A stretch of 61,401 nt of DNA from Girardia tigrina (Eukaryota). The stretch lies in NCBI GenBank assembly GCA_001938485.1, contig MQRK01190407.1, forward strand, positions 1 to 61,401. The letters are read 5' to 3'. The first letter of the stretch is position 1; the number at the start of each line of letters is the position of its first letter. Shown here in pieces: positions 11,685-25,600 of this stretch. The translations under genes and the position numbers were made by a program. The notes below the pieces were generated by a model. That model searched no databases, had not been told where the DNA came from, and saw only the letters and a list, made by a program, of their open reading frames with translations.

Positions 11685-14600
11685 TGTAGTGGAAATGTCT
11701 AAAAGTTGTTTAAATAATCAGAATTCGGTAAATTGTTGGGAAATCTTGTGATATAAATAAATTCTTATTTTCGATATTCTCGTTCACAAGCTATCGTGGC
11801 TTTGTGATGAAGACTCTGAAAATCGTGCCGGCGTATGATTGTATTCTTTTGGACGGATTGAACATCAGGCAGCGGTGAGCAGAGCGAAGCAACTGGCACG
11901 CACGCGGATTGACGATTCTGATTTTATAGCCGAGTTTGACGGCCGCTCATGGACGGAATTATGGAAGTGGAAGATTGGTGAGGAGCCACCTTAGTCACTT
12001 GTGAGAGTGGCCGCATATGCGTCAGCCAAGCAGTAGGAAGAAGAGGTGAGTCAGGAGTTGTCCAAATAGAAAAAAAATGGATGGCTCATCAGTTTTATGG
12101 CAAAGCAAAGGCGATTTTGCCTCTGATAGCGGTGGCTCAGACGGCCAAGGGAAGGTGCAACCGGTGCTAGACTACAAAGCTTTAAACGAGTTCATGTCCA
12201 GCCCCACCGCAGAAAACCTGGTGTGCGCTGAAAAGCTGCGCAGATAGCGGAAGATTGCTTGAGATAATTGATTTTAGGCGGGCATATCTCCAAATCAAGG
12301 TGCACTCGAGAATGTGGCCCTATCAAGTGATCCACTACTAGGGGAAGACGTGGTGCCTGAAGCGACTGGATTGAACACGGAACCAAAAATTACGAGGCTC
12401 ATCATGGACAACGTGCTCAGGTCTGATCCACAAATTGCGGAAGCTGCAGATGCTTACTATAATGATATTATAATTAACAGCAGTAAAGTATCAGCGGAGC
12501 GTGAAAAAAAAACCGCCGGTAAAAATTAATGAAGATAGAGTGCTTGGACTCGGAGTGCGGTAGACTGACGGCATCGAGACGGCAATATACCGGATTTACC
12601 AAACCGTTTAACGCGACGGAAGTTATTTTCATGGGTCGGTCAGCTCGTAGGCCATTTCTCGGTCGGCGGTTTGCTGAGGCCAGCATGCAGTTTTATTAAA
12701 AGGCTGGCCTGCAGAGGCGGGTGGGACGATACAGTAGAACCACGTGTAGTGGATATGGCGCAGAAATTGGCGGAACGGCTAGAGAGCGAAGACCCGGTGA
12801 ACGGCAAGTAAGAAATTCTTCTTCTTTCTTTTTGACCTTAGCCGTTGGGTCGCTGGTGCACCAAATAATAAACAAGCCTTAGCCACATTTCTCTATTCGT
12901 AGCTTCTTCTCATACGTGGCTTCTTTCCATACTCAATCCACTCCATTCTTTTAAATGGTTTCTTTGGTCTTCCTCTTGGTCTTTTTCCTTCCACTTTTCC
13001 TTCAGTCATAAGTGGGAAATACCTGACCGAAAATACGGTCGAGTGTAGTGTAATGCAAGTTCGATCGCAACCGGTATCTCTGTAGAGATAGGAAGAGCGG
13101 TAGACGAGGATACTTCGTAGCTTTGCAAGGAGGATGACGCCGCTCACATCAATCTGGCATAACTTAAAGCGGCTAAGGAGGCAATAAAGGAAGCAGTCGC
13201 GTAGGGATTAAAAACATGGATATTATGAGAGACTCCGCCACTGTGTTCCGGTGGTTGACAAACACTACGAGAGTCAATGGACCTGTCAGATCCAGTGGAA
13301 TGAGCAAGCTGCTCATAAAGCGACACATCTGCACAATCAAGCAGACTATCGAAGAGGAGCAGCTTCGTGTGGAGTGGAAATTTGTCAGTTCAGCAGAGAG
13401 CCGAGCAAATCGCCTCACTCGCGTGCCTAGTGACTGGCTAATAGCAGTAAAGGATCAACCGAATGTAGCGGCAGTAACGATGGAGGGAGAGCGGCAGCCG
13501 ATAGATCGTCTGCAGGCGCTTCATGCTATCCACCATTTCGGGGTGAAGTGGATGATATTCTTGGCGAGAAAATTGTGGGGTCCAGGGCAAATAACTGAGA
13601 AGCAAGTGCAGATGGTGGTGAAAGGATGTTTTGAGTGCGCATCAATCGACCAGTCACCGGTAAAGTGAGAGAAAGGCAAGCTTGGCGTCAAAGAAACATG
13701 GAAGTGGCTCGCGATATGTGACACACACATCTAAGGGAAAGTACATGACACTGGTAGATTGCGGACCGGGGTGGTTCGCGGTTTGGAGAAGGATTGCTTC
13801 AGAATGCGATGAAGATTTATGTACCACTCTGAAAGCGGTGTTCAATGAATTCGGTCAACCACAGGAGTTTCTACAGGAAAATTTTACGACACATCGTGGA
13901 GCAGTAATCCGACAATTGTCTTAGGCAATGGGTGTCAAAATGCGGTTTCAGTGCGCGAATCGACCTCGTAAAAACGGTATCGTTGAACGCTGCCATCAAA
14001 CCAAGAAGCGCATGGCGGCACAAAGTTGGAAGCCAGTTCACAATATGGTTGCGTGGTACAACGCCACTCTAAATTCGACGGGCGTGATTCTGGCGTCCAC
14101 AGTGTTAGCACAACGGCAGCGACTGCCGCTACCGGTCTATTTTGCAGATCGGCTTCCAAAGTACACTGGCGTTTTACAGACGAAGAGTTTACAAGTTGGA
14201 GACGTCGTGTTCGTGAAACCGATAAACGCTAAGTACACGATTAAGTGGAGACGAGCAGTCGTGAGCGGATTCCGCCTACCCCATGAAGTCAAGATTGACG
14301 GGGTCCCCTTCCACGTGTCACACATAAGGCGCGTGCCAGACGGCGGGTCAAAAATGCCGGCAGAGGGACTATCGAGTTCGCGAGCGGTCTCCAGATTTAC
14401 GAATGCAGGCGACTGCAGTGAGAGCTCAGACGAGGAAGACGAGCAGACATTGAATAGTATAACGGATGAAGTAAAAAACTGTCAGACTCAATCCGAAGAG
14501 GTGGGGCAACCGAGTCCGAATCGAGCGTCCGTTCGGCCGACGCGATTCGCAAATTATGTGTGCACTGGAGGGACATAACCAGATCCGAGCGTGACTTTCC

Positions 14601-14750
14601 AGTGCACAGAGGGCATATGCGTTTGTGCCTTGAAGGCAAGGGAGAGTGTAGTACAGATGTTGAAAAGTTGTTTAAATAATCAGAATTCGGTAAACGGTTT
14701 GAAAATCTTGTGATATAAATAAATTCTTATTTTCGATATTCTCGTTCACA
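11685..14750 (+). mobile_element. Ty3/Gypsy LTR retrotransposon, internally deleted and degenerate (RT, RNase H, integrase)
   Basis: 104-bp LTRs at 11685-11788 and 14647-14750 (TGTAGT...TTCACA). 5-bp TSD TAATT on both sides. Purine tract GAAGGCAAGGGAGAG before the 3' LTR. RT-like DAYYNDIIIN, integrase HHFGV...C..C, LVDCGPG and NGIVERCH motifs are present, broken by stops. Confidence 0.95.
12817..13009 (-). mobile_element. 5'-truncated RTE-clade LINE 3' end inserted in the Gypsy pol
   Basis: MTEGKVEGKRPRGRPKK (RTE C-terminal motif), a GAA-type tail, and an imperfect 11-bp TSD AAGTAAGAAAT (12806-12816) / AAGTGGGAAAT (13010-13020). Confidence 0.8.
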
Positions 14751-14829
14751 TAATTATTGCAGTATGTCTGAAGACAGCTTAAAAACGAAACCATGAACAT
14801 AAAAAACTTGAAATTCGTAAATTTTATTT

Positions 14830-16390
14830 TCAATTTCAAATTTTAATAAAAAAATAATTGCAGAATTAGTAAAATAGACAAAGAAAGACTCATCAGCGCT
14901 TACATTAAGTCAGAGAACTATCTGACTCGGGCAAGGCAACTCGATATATCCCAATCATCTGCCAAGAACATTGTCTATAAATATCAACAATGCGATCTAA
15001 TATCAATCGTAAAATATGGAGGCCACAAAAAATCCATTATTACCGACGAAATCGGCGAGACGATTATTACGTATCGAATTTGGGAGAGATAAAACGGTAT
15101 ATTGAGAAAAAACAACGAGATCAATACATCAGAATCAACAATTTTCAGTTTCCTCACCGGTAAATTAATTACCGCCAAGAAGATCAGAAGAAAGAAATTA
15201 AGATCGAATTGAGAATCTTCAATTTTAATACACCAACCAATTTATAAGGGAATGTTGACGAATGAGTCAGTGTTTACATTTTATTTTATTGATAAAATCA
15301 GATTCAATCTGTGAACCAGTCATTAATTCGTTTATTCATAAAAAAAGTATTCCGATTTATATCGATGTAAGTCTCAGTATTATTTTCGGATGAGAATTTA
15401 GATATTTTCGAAACTTTTTTTATAACAACAATATAAACATTATTCAAACAAGTTTTCATAATTTATATTTTAATAAATAATATTTATATTGAAATTTGTA
15501 ATTTTTATTGCACAAACCAATAAAATTAAAATAATTATAAATAATCATATGCAGATTTATTATTTTCGAAATTTTGTTATTTATTTAATTTTATAATTTT
15601 TTTGTCTTATAAAAATGAACTATTTTAATTATAAAAAAAATTATTGGGAGAGAGTGACATGTAAAGCGTTATATATTAGATCTTTGGATCCTAAAATTAA
15701 CGTTCAAACTGCACTCTCTACAACTTTGTTGAGTATTTTAATTATAGTTTATATATTAACTTTGTATTTAATTTTGTATTTTTTTAATATTTATTATGAT
15801 ATTTATTTTTCTTTCATCGTATTTACTTTTAAAGTTTAATAAATTCGGTTAAAATCGCTTTCGGATCTTATATTAAATTCGTATTAAATCTATTTTATTT
15901 AGTAATTTGATTATTTTAAATTTCATTCGTTTTTTTTAATTTATTCAATTACAAGTTTTATTATTTCAAATTTTATCTAAAACATTTTTAAATATTATTC
16001 ATATTGAAACTTTATACCGCATTTTAAAATAAATTTCTATTTTTTACTTTTATAATTAAATATTAATTTTAAATGTTTTTTATCTTTAATTCAAAAATTC
16101 AAGAGACATCAAAAATCCTTATAATAAGCATTCCCTCAAACAGGGGTAAAACTATGTTGTTCATTATGGCAATATGCAGGAAAGGTCCCCTGCTATTCAA
16201 ATTAAGCAGTGACAGGAATCATGCAGAATATCAATTTTTTATAAACGATTTATCCAGTTTTTTGACAGGGACACCGCATTATTTAATCCAGGTCAATATT
16301 TCCTCCAATCATGAAATCGTAAACTTACTCTAATATTCTTCAATCATCAATCCAATTGAGGTGTTTTTCGCAAAATTGAAACGGATATTC
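14830..16390 (+). mobile_element. Fragmented IS630/Tc1-like transposase (14830-15330 and 16100-16390), interrupted by AT-rich and Penelope-derived sequence
   Basis: HTH-like ARQLDISQSSAKNIVYKY, GGHKKSII, IPSNRGKT and YSSIINPIEVFFAKLK. Same clade as 45556-47036. Confidence 0.65.
15615..15745 (+). mobile_element. Penelope-like element 3' fragment (GIY-YIG C-terminus)
   Basis: NYWERVTCKALYIRSLDPKINVQ resembles the PLE endonuclease tail (R...EAL.I....P.IN.Q). Confidence 0.55.
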
Positions 16391-16769
16391 AGTACAGCAA
16401 TAACACACCATCCAGGCCTTCTGACACTAAATCATCACCAAAGACTTGCCGTTTTGCACGAGAAAATCGAGGCTGTGGCAGTAAATGAAAACAATTGATA
16501 TCTGACGAATTACTGTTGTCATTTGAAGAAATTCTTTTTTGACTGTCTTGTGAAGAACAATATTCATGGCGATTGATTGCAGAAACATATTTATTAACAG
16601 TACATTTATTATAAGAAATTAAATTATACAAAATCTTACCTTTTTAAATTTATAAAATCAAAATACTTGAAATATTCATGAAATTCCAAATACGCCCCTT
16701 TCACTTAAATGCTGGCAAACTACTGTCAACCACATGACACAGCAACTTCAAAAATTATATTACTCCACA

Positions 16770-16867
16770 CTTAGAGGGGAGGGAATTCAGAATTTTGTTA
16801 CGATTTGTTAAAGGGGATGGGTGTCTAATAGGTACTTTTGTGTTGTGTATTATGCGAAGCAGCCTTT
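16770..16867 (-). mobile_element. MITE terminus (Harbinger-like), related to 60692-60770
   Basis: Reverse complement AAGGCTGCTTCGCATAATACACAAC...GACACCCATCCCC resembles AAGGGATCGTTCGCTTAATACGTAAC...GACCCCCCTCC at 60692. Confidence 0.4.
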
Positions 16868-17305
16868 ATCAAAATAAAGACTATTTATATATTACTTTCT
16901 AAGGCGAAGGATGTCATAATAAAATAACTTCATTTCTTTAAATTTGTATTCTTTTAATCAAACATTCAAAATTTCTGAATTTAATCATCTTTAAACGAAT
17001 AAAATGCATTAAAATTCATAAAACCCGAAACAAAATAACTGAAGTTAAAATTAATTTCAAGTTCATCACATAAAAGTAATATGATATTTATATTGATAAA
17101 ATAAAAGCGATTTTTCAAATAGAAAATCGAAAGTTTTTACCAAATAATATTAATTCATTTAAAATTTAGTTCTAAAATGTTAATCAAATAAAAAAATCAC
17201 ATTTTTCATTTGTTTTAATTTATCAATTTGATAATTACGATATTTAACAACAATTTGAATTTGATGAATATCATTTTCGTAACTATAATTTGAATTAATC
17301 AAACA

Positions 17306-17367
17306 ATGGATAAAGTGGGCCGGTTACATTTAACAGACCAGGGCATCGACAATATGACTGATCTGGT
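17306..17367 (+). CDS. Myosin exon 1 ([21 protein letters not shown])
   Basis: ATG, myosin G.D.M..L motif, and a GTGAGT donor whose phase matches exon 2. Confidence 0.75.
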
Positions 17368-19622
17368 GTGAGTAGTACAAATACTAAAATTTTATTTATT
17401 GATTTTATTTTTCAACAAAAAACCAATTTTTATTAAAATAAATATTTCAAATTCATAATTTAAATTTATTAAAATGAAAAAAATTGTTTATCAATAATCA
17501 ATGGACAAATTTCTCTTGACAAATTTTCCACCTGAATGAACTCATTTCTCAAAAAAATAGACTTAATCAATTATTAATGTCGTCGTTTATTCGTCACTTT
17601 TGAAAAGATAATTATTATTGTGCCAACTTAAATATTGCGATATTTCTAGATTAAAATAGATTATTAATTCGTTAACGTTTGCAAAAAAATAACAAATTGC
17701 GAAAGAAATGGTAGTTTTACTGGGCAAGTTTAAAAAGATACGCATTATAATAATTAAATCATTAATCAGAGCTTTTTAATAAATTGATTATTGAATATAT
17801 TTTGGAATTTCGTTTTACTTCAGCAGCAATTATGAATATACGTTTCTTAGCTTTATAAAATGTTAGTTTAAAGGAAATGTTTTTTTATTTATTTTAATAA
17901 TTCAATATACATACGGATAATAATACGGAAAAAATTAAATAAAGATTTTAAGATTTGAAACAGCTTTACTTTGTCCATTTTGAATGCTTATCAATGGTTT
18001 GAAGTATCTAATAAATAATTATTCACAGAACTGCCGCTCATAATTTAAATCAATGCTCTTCTGTTAAACAGAAAATTCATCCTTTGAAATAGAAGATTTA
18101 ATTTTTACAATATAACCATTGCTAAAGAGCCTTACTTGATTGCCTTGAATGTGAAAGTTAAATAAACCGGGTTTTGAGATTTACGAGTTTTTAAACCCGT
18201 GACAATCAAATTTATAAACCAGATTAGCTTGCAATCCACAAATTGTTTTCGATTTATTTGAGAGTAAGCTTTGAACTTTTGATGTCTTTGAAATCACTTT
18301 GAATCAACATATATTTTTACAAATCCTCTTCTTGAATGTTTTAAATTCTCAGACTGTTTATTTATGCTCTTAAATGTTTTCTAAGTCTAACCAGTATTTG
18401 TGTATATAATTTATCTGATGTTATCTTAATGTTGTGATCAATTTGTATGTTTAAGTACATGTTTTCTTTGAAGTGCCATCTAATAATATTTAAACCATGA
18501 TCAGCGATTTGAAAGTCTGAATGAAAAATTCTAAACTCCTTAATAATATTCTATATTTTAACTCACAAAGGTTCTGTGGTATCTTTCTGTAAAATTCAGT
18601 TCGATATTTTCCATTCATTCTAGTGACAAGAATGTCAAGAAAAAGGAAGTTTATTATTTATTTCTGAATCTGAATTGAATTAAATATTAGGATGAAGACT
18701 ATTCAAGAATTTTAAGAATACGTATATCACGGATTGATAAAAATTGATGCCAAATTTTTGTTTTAATTTTTATTTTATTCTTATTATTTTTTAAGCTTTA
18801 AATTCTTTTTAAAAAATATTTTACTATTTCTTTTTAGCACTATTTTATATTGTTCTTTTTTGTCCTTTGTTACATTTTCGAGTCCCTAATAAAGTTCTAG
18901 TTTATATTACAAATAATAACTGACATTCTTTAGAATTCTCTGAATTTTTTTTATTAAAAGTAAAATTTATACATTAAGTGACATGTTTTACAATTTGGAA
19001 ATAAAAGTTTTGTGGTTCCAATTTAAATTATAGTTTTGCTAATACAAAGTAAATTAAGCTCAAAGACTATGCATAGTGAAAGATAAAACAAAGTGAGTAT
19101 CCACCATAAAGGTAATAACAATATGTTACAACAAATATTTTGGTAAAAATGTTTATATAATTTTTAACGGATATCGCCAATTAGTATCACCAACCCATAG
19201 AAATTTATTTACTAAAAGAAGTGCATTGGTTAATTATTTTAAAATAAACAAGTAAATCAAAATTTTTTTTATATCCATTCTTTATGCAAGCAGAACTCTA
19301 CTTGACAAACAGATTTTTTGTTATCTTTTGTAGAAGGGAAAATTTCATAAAGAAATTTTTATACATCCATTATGCAAATAAATTACACAATGAATTGATT
19401 ATGAAGCATAGAAGGAAAAAGACAAAAACTTCTATTTAAAACAGTTTTAACATTTGTGGATAATCGTAAAAAGTATTTTTTTTGACTTCCTACATTGATA
19501 AATTATTAACAGTATCATTTATTGTCAGCAAAAATGAGTAAGTGTGCAAAGTTTGGAGGAAACTGATTCAGTAACAAACCATCAAAAATAGGTTTCTAAA
19601 TTCCATTGATACACACACACGC

Positions 19623-19653
<31 letters not shown>

Positions 19654-22600
19654 ATCTAAATTAATAGAAAGAATGGAAAGTAATAACTAATTATAATATG
19701 CAACATTGTTATAATTAAAATTCATAAATTTAACTTCATTCATAAATTTAATTATCTCAAAAAACATTTCTCATTATCGATGTATTATAAAAATTCAATA
19801 AAGTTTATTATTTTTATTGGTTGAAGATCATTATAGGCAATTAATAATAATTAATTAGATTCAATTTTTAAACATATATTACATATACATATCGTTGTAC
19901 TTATAATATATTTATATTAATTGATTCATTGATATATATGAAATATATAAACTAGTCAAAATTAAAATTTGTATAATCATCGAGAAGCAATATTCTTTTG
20001 GTTATCATTTCAACCTCAGAATACTGATCGAAATGCGTTTTCTCTACATCAATATGTTCATATGCATAGTCAATAAAAATAAAATAGGTTATATTCGCTG
20101 CAATTTCTAAATTGTTCTGGAGACTCTCCGTTGTTAGCAGAATCATAATGTTTGTGGTACTGGGCTAATTTGTATTGATAAATAGTTATTCATTGATGAC
20201 TTATGTTTTAAAATTGTTATATCTATGTATATATATAAAATGTAAAATAATAGAAAGAATGGAAAGTAATGACTAAATTATAATATCCAATATTGTTATT
20301 AATAGTATTGTGTGAATTGTAAAAAAACCGTCAGCAAATAATTCTTTCAAGAAATTCAAGATTCAAAATAATTGTTCGATACAGTCCCAGGTTGTCCTAA
20401 AAACTGACCAATCAAAGCAGTCAAAGCACTGGATTTGCTGCCGTTCACGCTGGGCCCATTTAAAATTGGGTATTCATTTTAAAATCGTTTTTTATTTTAA
20501 ATTATTTCAAAATCTTTTTTTATTAAATTAATTATTCTTTTTTAACATTATCTTTATGTATACATAAATAAATGTATATATACAGTCGTGGGCATAATTC
20601 ACCGGCCACCCTTGCATTTTAAAGAAAATTAATATCTACGTGCGTGTGTGGATGTAAGTGCATGTAAATAATGTTCTTAACCAACATCCAATAAGAATAC
20701 AGCTTTAGGAGTATACCCACTATGTTATTATGATATATAAAAGTATTTGTGTCAAGTATTTGTGACTATTCCGACATGACTAGCAACCAACTTTTACCCA
20801 CTCTGTAGGTACTAATCGTCGATTTACAGGACACTGGATTCTCGAACCGTGCAATTGCCCTGCGAATCAATATTAGCAGCGCTGCAGTAGCCGACACTCT
20901 CCGTCTTCATCAAGCCACCGGCGCCTTTGCGTATACGAAAAGCAGTGGAAGGCCGCGTATCATAAGCAAAGTGACAGATCGAGCCATTTTGAGATCCTGC
21001 AAGATCAATCAATTTGCTTGTTCCCGTGCAATACAAGCTGATCTTTCAGCTAACATTGATAAATTACCTAGCGCACGAACCATTCGTCGACGTCTGGTTG
21101 AAGGAGGCTTTCGATCGTACAAGTCTGTCAAGAGACCGCGTATATCGTCGAAGAATATTCGTGATAGGCTCGCGTTTGCAAAAGCTTACCAATATTGGAC
21201 AGTGGATCAATGGCGTTCGGTTATTTTCAGTGATTAAACCACAATCTGTCAGCAAGGAACATAGATCCACACGGTGCGCCGGCCGCCTGGTCACCGCTTT
21301 AGACTACAGTACAGAGGGCGCCTAAAGTTATGATTTGGGGCGCAATTGCTGCCAGAGGTCGCTGCTGTCTTTGGTTTTGTCCCAAGGGAACTACTATCGT
21401 TTCACTTGTGTACAATGGCATTCTTCGAGATAAGGTCCAACGCTTCTTTCAAATGCGTCAGTGCAATTCTTTCCAACATTACGGGGCTCCATGCCATCAA
21501 TCGCGACTAAACAAAGCCTGGTTGGAAACAAACGAGATCAACGTTCTGGGTCCATGGCCTGGCAACTCACCTGATTTATCGTCGATTGAAAATAGTTGGA
21601 GAATAGTGAAAGAAAAGGTTTGTAAGCATGACCCCTCATCATATGATGACCTACTTGACGTGATTAAACGTGTTTGGGTACAGGAAGTCAGACTCGAATT
21701 CACTGAAAATCTAATCACGTCAATGCTACGCCGATTGGCAGGAGTGATTAATGCAAAAGGTGGCCATACAAAGTACTAAGGGAAGAGTGTTTGAACTGTG
21801 CATCCATATCTGTATTCTTCTTATAATTTGTATGTACTGAATATATCCTTAATACTTCGTTACAATATCAGTTAGTCGAAAATCTCAGTATTTTTACGGG
21901 TGGCTGGTAAATTGTGGCCACTTTCATTTTGATGTAAGTTCCATTTTTAATGAATTTTATGATTTTTAAGTTCAAATTTATTGTTCGCAAACCTAAGTCG
22001 CTTATGTTTTTAAATTAAATAATGGTAATATAATTGCTGCGTTNNNNNNNNNNNNNNNNNNNNNNNNNNNNNNNNNNNNNNNNNNNNNNNNNNCCTAAGT
22101 CGCTTATGTTTTTAAATTAAATAATGGTAATATAATTGCTGCGTTATATATATATATATAACGCAGCAATTATATTACCATTATTTAATTTAAAAACATA
22201 AGCGACTTAGGTTTGCGAACAATAAATTTGAACTTAAAAATCATAAAATTCATTAAAAATGGAACTTACATCAAAATGCTGAAGCTTTTTAGAGGAAAGA
22301 ATTCAAACTTGAAATTCCGAAACTTCTTATCCCCATTGATCCCTCTCTATTGTCATCGGTCTTCTACTGGGTCCATCGTATCCTTTTCGAAGAAAATGAT
22401 TTGATGTTAATACATTCTCTTCTTAATATCTAAATCCAAAATCAATAACGAGCTTTCATTCAAAAAGTTTCTATTTTTGTCATAATCGTTATTAATTAAT
22501 TAATGTCATAAATCTTACATGAGTCAAACATTTTAAAATATCGTTAAATAATAGCACAAACATATGGAGTATGTAATATAAAAATGAAATGGTGGAATAT

Positions 22601-25600
22601 GAAAACATCAAAACAACTTTTTATGCCACAAAAGAATTATCTCCGTTGATTATATTCGGAATTAAATTTATTAAAACTCTTGGTTTTGAACTCAGATGTC
22701 AAGTAAATAAGTTAAATGCAAAAAATAGATCATTAAATCTTTTATATATATCGAAGAATGCACTATTGACCCAATCAATGTAAATAAACAAAAGCGGATA
22801 GATGGCGTAATGCTAAAGAAAAATTGAACCTTCGTGATGTTACTAGTTTATAACATTTATATTTAATATTTATAATTTATATTTTCATAAATATGAAATG
22901 GAATATCGGTAAAACATCCTGATCAAGTATGCAATTAAAGCAATCAGAAATTCAAGCCTACAGAAGCCCTTGAGTCGGACCACCACATCGAAGATGTTAT
23001 CATGAATTTAGAAAAAAATCGAATCATAGAGACATGTTTATCAACATGTGTATGGATGAAAGAGAAAAATTAAATTTGTTTGTGTTACCAAGGCCAAATA
23101 TTGATGAAATGCTGGATTTATTAAACAGCCTGAAGTGGTTTAGTTTGATAGACTTAGAAAAAGCTTACTATTAAGAGAAATTAGAAAGCTTTTCGAAATT
23201 AAAAACTGCAATTCTCAACAAAGACGGACAGTACTGCTTTAAAAATGCAATTAGGCATATTGCCTGCACCTTCAACTTTCAAACAATTGATGAATGATGT
23301 TCTTAAATACATGTTACGGACAGAAGCATAAGCATAATTGGACGATATTCTGGTATTGTCCAAATCTGAAATGTAACATTTAAATAGATTGAAAAAGTTG
23401 TTCTTAAAAATACAAAAAGCAGGGTTGCGCATTAATCTAGAGAATATAAACTGTTTCAGAATATGTTGCGTTTCCTTAGTTGTGTGGTGAATAGGGATGG
23501 TATAAAAGCAGATCTGGAAAAAATCAAAACCATTTTGGAATTTCAACAACTAAAATGCGTTAAAAAGTGATACAGATTTCTATGTTTATGCAACTTTTAT
23601 CGAAAATTTATTTCAAATTATTCTAAATTAGCAAAACTTACTAGACTTATTATGTTTATAGGCATTTTGAAAATTATAAAAACATTAATTTTCAAACATT
23701 TGTTAAACAATAATTTAGATTTTTCTACATCTTAAATAAAGATTTAATATTTTTCATCTATACAGAATTATTCAAGCTTGGACAAATGGTTTCGATTTTC
23801 TAATAGATTAATTTAGAATTGTACACAATATAATGCTAAGATTCCAAATAAAGAGAGAACATCATTAAAAAGAATTTTTAGAAGTATATTGAGAAAGTTC
23901 TACAAATTAACTCCGAAGTTAATTGAGATAATTTTGTCTAACGAAAATCAATTATCCGTCTTAAATAATAATGTACCGCGAAAGAAGATTCTGAATTCTT
24001 TGCTGATAATCTATCATTATTTTTCAAATAGTAATTGGTTGTGGTTGATTTGGAATCTCTTATAACTTATTAACAGTTAAAAATATTTACCGTGGTTATT
24101 TACATAAATTAACCAAAAGGTATAAAAAAAATTTTTTATCAAATTTTATCTATTTTTAGATTTTATTAGAAAAGAATCTGAGTCACCGCTTAATTTCACA
24201 ATTGTACATAAATTTAGGACATCTATACTTTTAATGAATTTTTATGTTTGAGTTTGTTAATTTTAATTTTCCAATTATGTGGTCGACCCAAAAAACTTAA
24301 GCATTTAAAGGTTGTTTTCTGAATTTTAAAATACAAATGCTTATCTTAATGTCTCGAAAATATTGCTTTTAATTAGTTCATATTACTATATTTTCTCAAT
24401 AATTCATACTTGAGCTCATACTATTGAATATTATCATATTATACGATTTATTAAAAGCAAATAAAAAATATATACATTGTAACGAAATGATTATTGGTCC
24501 AATAATGATAAGTAAATTTATTACGCAGTAACAGTTGATATTATTCGTTTCACAAAATTACATTTCCATTTAGACCATAAAAATAAATTTTTATTTTTGA
24601 TATTGATCAACTCTAATGTAGCGCGTTGTTTCAGTTGATCCACTCCTTATTAGAGTGACTATTCAGACTGTAATAGATCATACAACACTTCTGAACACAA
24701 TGCTAGTAGTTTTGTGAATGATCACAATTTATTGATCTGTTAGTAAAATTTGACGTCTAAAGTGATTTTGATGAAAAGAAACATTGTTGATAAATGACAA
24801 AAATATTTACCAAATTTTTATAGATGAGATGTTTTGAATAAAAAAGTTGTGACAATAAATAATTTTTGATTATTTTAAACGAAAATTTAGATTTAATATT
24901 TCTATTATTTTCAAATTATTTCACATTATTATATTAATCATTATAATGACATAAATTTAATTATTACATTTTAATCCATTAATTATTGTAAAATAAATTA
25001 TATATTTTGAGTGTTTAATGAATATCGAAAACGAAAATCATAAAATAATTAAATAGAACAAATTATAAATAAATAATACAAATTAAATTATATATTTCAA
25101 ATTTTTAATCAACTATATGAAAAATCTGAAATATGATGATATGAACAGAGATTGATACTACTTTTTTGTTTTGTTGAACAAGAGCAGTAGATAAAGAATG
25201 AAGTGTAGATGTACAATCTCTGTATTTCTTACCTATCAATCTGAAACCTCTAAAATTTCTGTGTTAGTTCTATTCTTCATTGAACAAAAACATTCACTAT
25301 AAAAGTATGTTGTTTTGACTTGAACCTTTCTAAAATCTCCATTTTGTTTCGAGTAATATTAGTATATTTTGATTCGTTAAATAGTTCGCTCTTAGTTTAT
25401 ATTTATAATATATTAATAATATTATTTATATATTATTCGACAGCAACACAATAATATTTGTGTTGATCTTTTTCAACCGTAATTTTTTTGTAATAACTGT
25501 TTGTCTAAAAAGACCGCTATGTTTACTTTGTGTTAAGTGATTTTCTAAATTTCTTTATGAATAGATTGTAAATATATATTTATAGTATATTTTATATTAT

